Source of the DNA: an uncultured Mycobacterium sp.
GTDB taxonomy: Bacteria; Actinomycetota; Actinomycetes; Mycobacteriales; Mycobacteriaceae
Assembly (NCBI GenBank): GCA_964344085.1
Contig: CAYFMA010000024.1
Coordinates: 16,896 to 40,895 of the forward strand
Direction: 5' to 3'
DNA length: 24,000 bases
In this document: positions 15,494 through 22,996 of the stretch, piece after piece
How positions within the stretch are numbered: position 1 is the first letter of the stretch
How the letters are laid out: each line of letters opens with the position of its first letter
Made by a program: the position numbers and the translations under genes
The notes under the pieces: model-generated
Seen by the model: the letters and a program-made list of their open reading frames with translations, nothing else
What the model was told of the DNA's origin: nothing
Database searches by the model: none

Positions 15494-16704
15494 TTCGCCG
15501 TCTGTTCCCGCTGTTCGCGGTCGTCGGGCTGCTCATGCTGATGGCCCCGCCGCCAATCGCCTCGGCGCACGGAGAGCAGGGGCAACAGGCCTTCGAGCGC
15601 ACCTCCACGGTGCTCTTCTACGACGTCAAGTTCTCCACCACGACCGTCGACATCAATGCGCCGCTGACCATCACCGGCACGGTGCGGGTGATGAACTCCT
15701 GGCCCGACCACACCATCGGCCCGCCGGAACTGGGCTACCTGACCGTCAACGAGCCCGGTCCGGTGCTCTCGGTTCAGGAGCGCTGGATGTCGGGGATGTT
15801 CACCCCGCAGTCGGTCAATCTGACCAAGGGTGGGATCTATCCGTTCAAGCTCGTCCTCAAGGGACGGGTACCGGGCACCTGGCACGTGCACCCGGCACTG
15901 GCCGTCAAGGGCACCGGCACCCTGATGGGACCGGGACAGTGGGTGACGGTCAACGACGCCGGCGGTCCGTTCACCGAACCGCAGCAGCTCTCCGACGGCA
16001 GTGTCGTCGACCTCGCGCACTACGGCCTGAAACGGGTCGCGTGGTGGCACATCATCTCCTTCCTGTTCGGCGCCGGTTACGTCTGGTACTGGTTGCGGCA
16101 GAACTCGTTGAATCGCCTGCTGGTGGTCAACGCGGGTGACGGCGCGACCCTGGTGACCAAACAGGAGCGCCGGGTCAGCGTCCTGTTCGCCATCGGAGCG
16201 CTGGCGCTGGGCATCGGCGGCTTCGTCTACGCCACCGTCTCCGACGGCCCGCACATCCCGTTGCAGGTGGCCCGGGTGACCCCGGTGCCGGAACTGCCCA
16301 ACGCACTGGGCGCCGGGCTGAACACCACCGTGCAGAAGGCAGTCTTCGGCGATAAGACCGGCAAGCTCGACCTGTCGGTGAAGGTCACCAACAACACCGA
16401 TCAGCCGGTGACGTTCGACCATCTGCAGTTCGCCGATTACATCGTCGCCAGCCCCGACGCGGTCGAGCAGGTGCCGGTCGAGCAGCGGGCGACCGTCACG
16501 CCGTCGGGTGCGATCCCGCCGAAGCAGACCCGGGAGATGACCATCAGCCTGGATGCGCGCGCGTTGCGCAGCCAGAACCTGTTGCCGCTCAACGACGCTC
16601 AGATCCGGCTCACCGGTCTGATGTTCTTCCGGGACGCCAAGGGCCAGACCTCGGCCACCGAGATCAACGAACTGACCTCCGGCATCCTGCCGCAGTACGG
16701 ATAA
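15490..16704 (+). CDS. hmoB: Copper membrane monooxygenase subunit B (AmoB/PmoB family; HmoB-type)
   Basis: Signal peptide ends ASA|HGEQ, so the mature N-terminal residue is His27. WHVHP supplies H132/H134. Two internal TM helices separate two beta-rich domains. GTGA overlap with hmoA. Confidence 0.9.
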   Translation: MIRRLFPLFAVVGLLMLMAPPPIASAHGEQGQQAFERTSTVLFYDVKFSTTTVDINAPLTITGTVRVMNSWPDHTIGPPELGYLTVNEPGPVLSVQERWMSGMFTPQSVNLTKGGIYPFKLVLKGRVPGTWHVHPALAVKGTGTLMGPGQWVTVNDAGGPFTEPQQLSDGSVVDLAHYGLKRVAWWHIISFLFGAGYVWYWLRQNSLNRLLVVNAGDGATLVTKQERRVSVLFAIGALALGIGGFVYATVSDGPHIPLQVARVTPVPELPNALGAGLNTTVQKAVFGDKTGKLDLSVKVTNNTDQPVTFDHLQFADYIVASPDAVEQVPVEQRATVTPSGAIPPKQTREMTISLDARALRSQNLLPLNDAQIRLTGLMFFRDAKGQTSATEINELTSGILPQYG

Positions 16705-16709
16705 CGGCC

Positions 16710-16880
16710 ATGACCACCACCATCCTTGCCCACGGCGGTCAGATCACCGGCGATGAGATGGCGCTGATCGGTGGCGGGCTGTTCTTCGCGATGGCCTTCC
16801 CGGCGGTGGCCCTGGTGATCGCCATGCGTCGCGGCCGGCGGCACCAGAACGCGAATCAGACCGATGAGGCGAGTGTGTGA
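16710..16880 (+). CDS. Single-pass membrane micro-protein (56 aa), not in the supplied ORF track
   Basis: ATG lies 5 nt after the hmoB stop. Translation is MTTTILAHGGQITGDEMALIGGGLFFAMAFPAVALVIAMRRGRRHQNANQTDEASV. It has one TM helix followed by RRGRRH (positive-inside rule) and high-GC3 codons. Confidence 0.6.
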   Translation: MTTTILAHGGQITGDEMALIGGGLFFAMAFPAVALVIAMRRGRRHQNANQTDEASV

Positions 16881-16893
16881 AGGGGCGCTGCAG

Positions 16894-17097
16894 ATGAACT
16901 ACACGGTTCTGGCGATGACGCTGGCGATCCTCGTGCTCGCGGTGTTTCTGCCGTTGTCGGCGATCGCCTTCATCATGATCAAGTCCACCTCCTCCAGTGA
17001 CGATTTCAGCCTTGGTGCAGTGAGTCTTCAAGACGAGTTGCATAATTTCCTGGCTGAATTCGAGAGCGGTTCGCATACCGCCGACAACTGGAGATGA
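16894..17097 (+). CDS. Single-pass membrane micro-protein (67 aa) with an acidic C-terminal region
   Basis: ATG at 16894 is preceded by SD AAGGGG (16880-16885). N-terminal TM is MNYTVLAMTLAILVLAVFLPLSAIAFIMI. It ends 1 nt before the next gene. The C-terminal half has unusually low GC3, so the call is tentative. The track start at 16864 is less likely. Confidence 0.45.
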   Translation: MNYTVLAMTLAILVLAVFLPLSAIAFIMIKSTSSSDDFSLGAVSLQDELHNFLAEFESGSHTADNWR

Positions 17098-17098
17098 T

Positions 17099-17539
17099 GT
17101 GTCGATCAAATACGCCGGCGCTGCGGCGTCGGTCGTGGCTCTGGCCGCGCTGACCGCGGGATGCTCGGCCAAGACGGCCACGACCACGGCGTCATCTGCA
17201 TCGCCGGCGGCCTCCAGTGCGGTGTCATCGGTGGCTCCGTCGGCGTCCTCATCGGCTTCGTCGGTCCCCACGCCCGTCGGCCTGACCATCCCGGTCACCA
17301 TCGTCAAGGGTGTGGTCACTCCGGCCAACGGCGAGTACGAGGCCACCGTCGGCGAGCGGATCGAGTTCGACGTCGACAGCGACGCCGCCGACGAACTGCA
17401 TGTGCACGCGGTGCCCGAGCATGAGTTCGCGGTGAAGCCCGGCAGCCAGAGCTTCAGCTTCGTCGTGAAGGTGCCCGGTCAGGTGGTCGTCGAATTGCAC
17501 AGCACCGACAAGACGGTGGCCACACTGACGGTGCGGTGA
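17099..17539 (+). CDS. Lipoprotein with a Ser/Ala/Thr/Pro linker and a C-terminal cupredoxin-like beta-sandwich domain bearing four His (no Cys or Met)
   Basis: Lipobox LTAGC. A long S/A/T/P-rich linker. Domain pattern GERIEFDVDSDAADELHVHAVPEHEFAVKPG...PGQVVVELHS resembles cupredoxin-fold strand patterns. GTG start is preceded by SD GGAG. Confidence 0.8.
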   Translation: MSIKYAGAAASVVALAALTAGCSAKTATTTASSASPAASSAVSSVAPSASSSASSVPTPVGLTIPVTIVKGVVTPANGEYEATVGERIEFDVDSDAADELHVHAVPEHEFAVKPGSQSFSFVVKVPGQVVVELHSTDKTVATLTVR

Positions 17540-18822
17540 CATCCCCCGCGAGCTTCCCCCGGCACGGTCTGGGCGGCAGCGCCGATCTGCCGATCCCGTT
17601 CACCTACACGGTGGTCGCAGCGGCATGGGCGCTGAGCTTCTCGTTCGTCATCCTGATCTTCGCCTGGCGCACACCGCGGCTGCGCGCGGATTCACCGGGG
17701 CTCGCGCTGCCGTCATGGGTCAACGCCTTCGCGTCCTCGCCGGTGACCCGCCGGATACTGGCCGCGCTCGGCCTGGCCTTCACCGCGTGGGTCGCCATGG
17801 CCGGTTTCCTCGGGCCGGCCAAGTCGAGCCAGAACGCACTGCCCGCAACGGTTTACGTGCTGCTGTGGGTCGGGCTGGTGGCGCTGTCGCTGATCTTCGG
17901 ACCGGTGTGGAAACTGATCTCGCCGGTGCGGGCCACCCATCCCGGTCCCGGGCGCAGGACCTATCCGCAGCGGTGGGGTTACTGGCCGGGTGTCATCGGC
18001 CTCTTCGCGTTCGCCTGGATGGAACTGGCCTCGCCGGATCCGGGATCGGTTCGTGCGCTGCTGATCTGGTGCTGCGTCTATCTCGCCGTCACCTCGCTCG
18101 GCGCCGCGGTCTACGGCAGCCGCTGGTGTGAGAGCGGCGATCCGTTCGAGGTCTACAGCACGCTGGTCTCGCACCTGTCGTTCGTGGGCCCGGGCGCACG
18201 TTCGGGGACCTGGGTGCTGCGCAACCCGCTGAACAATCTGCAGCGCGTCGATGTCCGCGCCGGGTCGGTGGCGCTGACCGCAACACTGCTCGGCTCAACG
18301 GCGTTCGACAGTTTCTCGGCACGGCCGGGCTGGCATCGCTGGGTCGACTCGGTCGCGCATTCTCCGGTGCAGGCCACCGGTATCCGCACCATCGGCCTAC
18401 TGGCGATGATCGCACTGGTCGGCGGATCGTTCTGGCTCGCAACCCGAGCGGTACCAGGCCTGCAAGCCGCGCAGCGCCGCGCACTGCCCGGCCTGATGTC
18501 CCCGTCGCTGGTGCCGATCATCGTCGGCTATGTGTTCGCGCACTACATCTCCTATCTGCTGGAGAAGGGTCAGGTGGCGGTCCGGTTGCTGCTCGGCATG
18601 GACCCGGGCGACGTCAACTACTTCCTGTCCAACCACCCCACCCTGCTGGCCACGCTCAAGGTGCTGTTCGTGCTCACCGGGCACGTGCTGGGGGTGATGG
18701 CAGCCCACGACCGCTCCCTGCGGGTACTGCCGGCGCGCCGGCAACTCACCGGGCAGTTGCCGCTGCTGATGGTGATGGTGCTCTTCACCTGCGGCGGCCT
18801 CTTCCTGCTTTTCGCGGGGTAG
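17536..18822 (+). CDS. Polytopic (about 10 TM) integral membrane protein of unknown function
   Basis: GTGA overlap with the preceding lipoprotein gene. N-terminal HGLGGSADLPIP motif, about ten hydrophobic segments, a GDPFEVYS loop, and TM-embedded GHVLGVMAAHD. Confidence 0.85.
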   Translation: MTSPASFPRHGLGGSADLPIPFTYTVVAAAWALSFSFVILIFAWRTPRLRADSPGLALPSWVNAFASSPVTRRILAALGLAFTAWVAMAGFLGPAKSSQNALPATVYVLLWVGLVALSLIFGPVWKLISPVRATHPGPGRRTYPQRWGYWPGVIGLFAFAWMELASPDPGSVRALLIWCCVYLAVTSLGAAVYGSRWCESGDPFEVYSTLVSHLSFVGPGARSGTWVLRNPLNNLQRVDVRAGSVALTATLLGSTAFDSFSARPGWHRWVDSVAHSPVQATGIRTIGLLAMIALVGGSFWLATRAVPGLQAAQRRALPGLMSPSLVPIIVGYVFAHYISYLLEKGQVAVRLLLGMDPGDVNYFLSNHPTLLATLKVLFVLTGHVLGVMAAHDRSLRVLPARRQLTGQLPLLMVMVLFTCGGLFLLFAG

Positions 18823-18831
18823 CGTTGACTG

Positions 18832-19347
18832 ATGCGGGTATCACGGCTTCTCCCGGCGGTCGCGGCGGTGCTGGCCGTGACGCTGGGCGGATGTGCCAGC
18901 GACGCGAAGGGGAGTGGCCCGGAGATGACAGACAGCGGCCTGCCGCCGACCGCGACGGTGGTCTACCACTTCCAGGACTCGTCGGTGCCCCCGCCGTACC
19001 ACCGCAGCTACACCCTGAACTTCGACCGCAATCAGGTGCACATCGTGGTGGACAGCTACGGCGACGTGCTGGCCGACCGGACCGCCCCCATGACCGACGC
19101 GGCCTGGACCACGGTGTCCAGCAATTACGCGTCGATCCGCAATGTCACCGTGCGTCAGCCGCCCGAGGGTTGCGTCGGCGGGACAGGCTTCGCGCTGACG
19201 GTGAACGACGCGGGCGCGACGGTCTTCTCGTTGCAGGCCTCGGTGTGCGGCGGGGTGAACTCGGATGCCTCCCGCCGGGTGCGGGACTGGGTGCAACCGG
19301 TGCGCACGCTGCTGCCCTCGCTGGACGAGATGGCCCCCGGCGGCTAA
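18832..19347 (+). CDS. Lipoprotein of unknown function (171 aa)
   Basis: Signal peptide with lipobox TLGGC. The mature domain has two Cys (EGCVGG, SVCGG). It starts 9 nt after the membrane protein stop. Confidence 0.8.
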   Translation: MRVSRLLPAVAAVLAVTLGGCASDAKGSGPEMTDSGLPPTATVVYHFQDSSVPPPYHRSYTLNFDRNQVHIVVDSYGDVLADRTAPMTDAAWTTVSSNYASIRNVTVRQPPEGCVGGTGFALTVNDAGATVFSLQASVCGGVNSDASRRVRDWVQPVRTLLPSLDEMAPGG

Positions 19348-20108
19348 CCGCGGGGCATCTTCTCCCAGGCGTTGTGGCCGACGAACAGCGCGGCGACGAT
19401 CAGCAGCGCGGCGGTGATCCAGCGTCCGTGCACCTTCATGATCCGCTCGTAGCCATCCTTGATCCGCTCGGTGGATCCGGGCTTGACGACGTCGATGACG
19501 GCCGGCAACACCGCGGGGATCACTGAGATCACCGCGAACACCACGATGCCCAAGACGCGTTCCGGGCGCGAGGTGATCTGCAGGATCTGATGGCCTGCGG
19601 CGATGGCGATGGGGAACACCTTGGGATGCAGCCCGCACATCGCGAAGCCCGCTGTTGCGGCCCGCGCGACGCGATGGCGAGCCGGCAGGTCGGCTCCGGG
19701 CTGCCAGGCCCCGGCGACCTTCGGCAGGTGTTCGCGGACCCAAGTCCTCGTCTTGCCGGGCGTATGGCTCTTCTCCGAAGGATCGGGAATCGGCTTGTGC
19801 CGCATCGCATTGACGGCGCGGGTCAGCCCGATCGCCAGCAACACCGCGGCGATGACGGCACGGACGATGAACCCGGGCCAGCTGTCCGGGTGGACGGCTG
19901 CGGTCTCGTCGGAGCCCGAGGCCCGGGCGATCCACAGGCCGATTCCGGTGGCGAAGGCGATGCCGACGATGCCGCCGGCGCCGTATGCGATGGCGGCCAG
20001 TCGGGGCACCTTCTGGTCACCGGCGACCACCAGTCCCACCACAAGGGTCTCCGGACTGAAGAAGATGGCGAATGCCAGCGAGGCGACGACCGCGAGATGC
20101 TCGCTCAT
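19344..20108 (-). CDS. Integral membrane protein, probably GAP/Sap (sulfolipid-addressing-protein-like) family
   Basis: Six hydrophobic segments with a central charged loop. The N-terminal FSPETLVVGLVV...AYGAGG pattern resembles that family, but the family assignment is weak. It starts 4 nt after the upstream gene's stop. Confidence 0.7.
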   Translation of the reverse strand: MSEHLAVVASLAFAIFFSPETLVVGLVVAGDQKVPRLAAIAYGAGGIVGIAFATGIGLWIARASGSDETAAVHPDSWPGFIVRAVIAAVLLAIGLTRAVNAMRHKPIPDPSEKSHTPGKTRTWVREHLPKVAGAWQPGADLPARHRVARAATAGFAMCGLHPKVFPIAIAAGHQILQITSRPERVLGIVVFAVISVIPAVLPAVIDVVKPGSTERIKDGYERIMKVHGRWITAALLIVAALFVGHNAWEKMPRG

Positions 20109-20112
20109 CGTG

Positions 20113-20625
20113 TCAGTGGGGCAGTGGGGTACAGCTGTGCGGGCCCTGGTCGGCGAAGTGCACCGCGGGCATGCCGTCGACGTAGGTGTACTCGACCGTC
20201 GGGCTCCAGCTGGTGCCGGGCTTGACCCACGGCGGCACCCCCACCGGGTAGGCGACCGTCAGGTCGCGGTAGAACTGCACCCCGTCCGGGCAGCCGGGCG
20301 TGGCCGGTGACTGCGGGTTCCAGGCGTGCACGACGATCGGGTTGCGCAGATGCGGCCCCTGCGCGCAGTCGGGCTGACACTCCACGGAGTTGTCCATGCC
20401 GAAACCGGAGGCGCCGTCGGCACCCCAGGCCGTCCACGCCATCTGCTCCATGACCGAGGTGCCGTCGCAGTTGTACATGACCTCGACCGGCCGCTCGACC
20501 ACCGGCTGGCTGGGGTCGTAGCAACGGCCGATCATGTAGGTCACCGGACCGGCGTCCGCACCGGCCGGCGGCATCCCCGCCGCGCAGGCCACAAGGCCCG
20601 CCATCATCACTGTCGATACCCGCAT
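20113..20625 (-). CDS. Secreted Cys-containing hypothetical protein (170 aa)
   Basis: Signal peptide MRVSTVMMAGLVACAAGMPPAGADA. SD GGAAGGAAAG lies upstream of the ATG at 20625. Coding-type GC3. Confidence 0.75.
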   Translation of the reverse strand: MRVSTVMMAGLVACAAGMPPAGADAGPVTYMIGRCYDPSQPVVERPVEVMYNCDGTSVMEQMAWTAWGADGASGFGMDNSVECQPDCAQGPHLRNPIVVHAWNPQSPATPGCPDGVQFYRDLTVAYPVGVPPWVKPGTSWSPTVEYTYVDGMPAVHFADQGPHSCTPLPH

Positions 20626-20678
20626 GTGGAGTCTTTCCTTCCGCCGCGCCGAATGCTAACGAACATTAATCTCTGGTC

Positions 20679-22106
20679 ATGGTCAGTACCCCCGCCGCAC
20701 GCCGCCACCGGGTGGTCATCATCGGATCCGGGTTCGGCGGCCTCAACGCCGCCAAGGCCCTCAAGCGGGCCGACGTCGACGTCACCCTGGTCGCCAAGAC
20801 CACCAGCCATCTGTTCCAGCCGCTGCTCTACCAGCTGGCCACCGGCATCCTCTCAGCCGGCGATATCGCGCCCACCACCCGTCTCATCCTCAAGAAGAAC
20901 CGGAACTGCAAGGTACTGCTCGGCGATGTCGAGGACATCGACCTGGCCAACGGGACGGTCACCTCGAAGCTGATGTCGATGGAGACCGTACTGCCGTTCG
21001 ACAGCCTGATCGTGGCGGCCGGCGCCCAGCAGAACTACTTCGGCCACGAGGAGTTCGCCACCTTCGCCCCCGGCATGAAGACCATCGACGACGCCCTGGA
21101 GTTGCGCGGCCGGATCCTCGGCGCGTTCGAGGCGGCCGAGGTGACAACCGATCCCGCGGAGCGGGCACGCCGGCTGACGTTCGTCATCGTCGGCGGTGGA
21201 CCGACCGGTGTGGAACTCGCGGGTCAGATCGCCGAACTGGCCCGGCGCACCCTGCCGGGTGCGTTCCGCACCATCGACCCGACCGAGTGCCGGGTGCTGC
21301 TGTTCGACGGGTCACCGTTCGTGCTGTCGCCGATGGGCGAGAAGCTCGGCATGAAGGCCACTCAGCGGCTGGAGAAGATGGGGGTGGAGATCTTCCCCGG
21401 CACCACGGTCACCAACGTGGACTACATGGGGATCACCTACAAGGACAAGCAGACCGGCGTCGAGACCCGCGTCGAGTGCGCCTGCAAGGTGTGGTCGGCC
21501 GGCGTCTCGGCGAGCCCGTTGGGGGAGATGATCGCCGCCCAGTGCGAGGGCACCGAGGTGGACCGGTCCGGACGCGTCGTCGTCGAACCGGATCTCACCG
21601 TCAAGGGGTACCCGAACGTCTTCGTCGTCGGTGACATGGCCGCAGTGCCGGGCGTTCCCGGGGTGGCGCAGGGCGCCATCCAGGGCGCGAAATATGCGGC
21701 GAAGACGATCAAGCGGATGACGCAGGGCACCGACGACCCGGCGGCCCGGGAGCCGTTCAAGTACTGGGACAAGGGCTCGATGGCCACCATCTCGCGCCAC
21801 CATGCGGTGGCCAAGGTCGGCAAGTTCGAGTTCAGCGGCTTCTTCGCCTGGCTCGCCTGGCTTTTCCTGCACCTGCTCTACCTGGTGGGCTTCAAGAACC
21901 GCATCAGCACACTGCTGAGCTGGACGCTGACCTTCACCTCCAACGGCCGCGGTCAGCTGGCCACCACCAGCCAGTGGGTCTACGGCCGGCTGGCCATCGA
22001 CATCGTCGAGAAACAGTTGGAGGAGGCCATCGACGACGCCGAGGAGCGGGCCGACGCCGTCGACGTCTCGCTGGGTGCGGCACTGAGCCGCGAGCATCAG
22101 CGCTAG
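20679..22106 (+). CDS. ndh: Type II NADH dehydrogenase (NDH-2)
   Basis: RVVIIGSGFGGLNAAKAL (first Rossmann GxGxxG), LFQPLLYQLATG, VIVGGGPTGVELAG (second GxGxxG), and a C-terminal amphipathic membrane-anchor region. Confidence 0.9.
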   Translation: MVSTPAARRHRVVIIGSGFGGLNAAKALKRADVDVTLVAKTTSHLFQPLLYQLATGILSAGDIAPTTRLILKKNRNCKVLLGDVEDIDLANGTVTSKLMSMETVLPFDSLIVAAGAQQNYFGHEEFATFAPGMKTIDDALELRGRILGAFEAAEVTTDPAERARRLTFVIVGGGPTGVELAGQIAELARRTLPGAFRTIDPTECRVLLFDGSPFVLSPMGEKLGMKATQRLEKMGVEIFPGTTVTNVDYMGITYKDKQTGVETRVECACKVWSAGVSASPLGEMIAAQCEGTEVDRSGRVVVEPDLTVKGYPNVFVVGDMAAVPGVPGVAQGAIQGAKYAAKTIKRMTQGTDDPAAREPFKYWDKGSMATISRHHAVAKVGKFEFSGFFAWLAWLFLHLLYLVGFKNRISTLLSWTLTFTSNGRGQLATTSQWVYGRLAIDIVEKQLEEAIDDAEERADAVDVSLGAALSREHQR

Positions 22107-22996
22107 CTGTGCTTGGCCTTGTAGGCCATCGAGTAGGACAGCTTGCCCGGGTCGGGTGAGTCCAGCGGCATCGGTAGCGCGTCGAATGCCTTCTGCCCGA
22201 ACGTGTTGAGCTTGCCGAGTTGCTTGGCGGTCAGCCCCTCGATCTTGGTGTCGTCGGGAACGGCGATCATCGCGCGGGCGACGTTACCGAGCAGCGTGTG
22301 GTACGACGCGACGTCGCTCAGGTCGAAGTTCTCCAGCCGCAGCCCGGGATCGGTCTGGGTGCGCAGCCAGTGGCCCCAGTAGAACTCCTGGAACGCCGGG
22401 ATGGTGTCGTCCTGGAAGTAGCTGATGTCGCGCAGGAAGAACATCACTCCGCGGTAGCGGTCGTCGGCGAAGCTGTTCAGGCCGAGGTTCGCCGGTACGG
22501 CCTCGGAAACCGTCAGCTCGCCATGGGCGTCGCGCAGCCAGGTCCAGCCCTGGGATCCCATTTCGTGCCAGAACTCGTGCAGCTCAAGGTTTTTGAGGTT
22601 CGCCACCACCCGAACGCGGATCTGGGCGGACGGCCCGCCGCCGGGCACCTCCCAGAACGAGGTCAGGGTGTGATGGCCGTCGGTGAGGTAGACCCGCCCA
22701 CCCGGACCGATCACCGCGGTTTTCATCCCCGCCGTGGTGTGGGGTGTCTCCGCACCGACCGGCACCGCGCAGCTGAACGAGGAGCGGTCGGCCAGGGTGG
22801 CGTCCGGGTCGACCGACCGCACCGAGCCCTGGCCGTTGGCCGCGCACCACGCGTCGAACACCGGTGTGTGCCGGCCGAGCACGTAGCGGCCGACGCGGAA
22901 GAACACCTCGTCGTAGCCCAGCGAGGGTTGGGTGGGGTGCAGATCGCGCAGCGGGATGTCGATGAGATCGCCGGGAACGGCACCGGCGTGCGTCAT
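22103..22996 (-). CDS. ParB-like nuclease domain (ParBc_2-type) protein
   Basis: LRDLHPTQPSLGYDEV and YLTDGHHT motifs. I moved the start from 23068 to the ATG at 22996, which overlaps the permease stop (ATGA). Confidence 0.7.
   Translation of the reverse strand: MTHAGAVPGDLIDIPLRDLHPTQPSLGYDEVFFRVGRYVLGRHTPVFDAWCAANGQGSVRSVDPDATLADRSSFSCAVPVGAETPHTTAGMKTAVIGPGGRVYLTDGHHTLTSFWEVPGGGPSAQIRVRVVANLKNLELHEFWHEMGSQGWTWLRDAHGELTVSEAVPANLGLNSFADDRYRGVMFFLRDISYFQDDTIPAFQEFYWGHWLRTQTDPGLRLENFDLSDVASYHTLLGNVARAMIAVPDDTKIEGLTAKQLGKLNTFGQKAFDALPMPLDSPDPGKLSYSMAYKAKHS

Noticed and set aside
15142-16422. 426-aa - strand ORF across hmoA/hmoB
   Set aside because: Antisense to two genes with unmistakable PmoA/PmoB similarity. 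The composition is typical of GC-frame noise.
17099-17539. Calling the 146-aa lipoprotein PmoD/AmoD or CopC
   Set aside because: The domain has no Cys or Met residues of the kind that form the PmoD CuA-like site. It also lacks the N-terminal His and typical CopC pattern. Only a generic cupredoxin-like strand pattern with His residues can be supported.
18825-19935. 233-aa + strand and 364-aa - strand ORFs overlapping the second lipoprotein and the GAP-family gene
   Set aside because: Arg/Gly/Pro-rich translations. The alternative frames give a clean lipoprotein (lipobox) and a multi-TM protein.
12939-20112. The CuMMO locus as a recently acquired genomic island or mobile element
   Set aside because: No integrase, transposase, tRNA or flanking direct repeats are visible. 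GC content and codon bias look like the rest of the window, apart from short promoter-like stretches and 16950-17097. The hairpin repeat at 12968-13034 alone is insufficient evidence.
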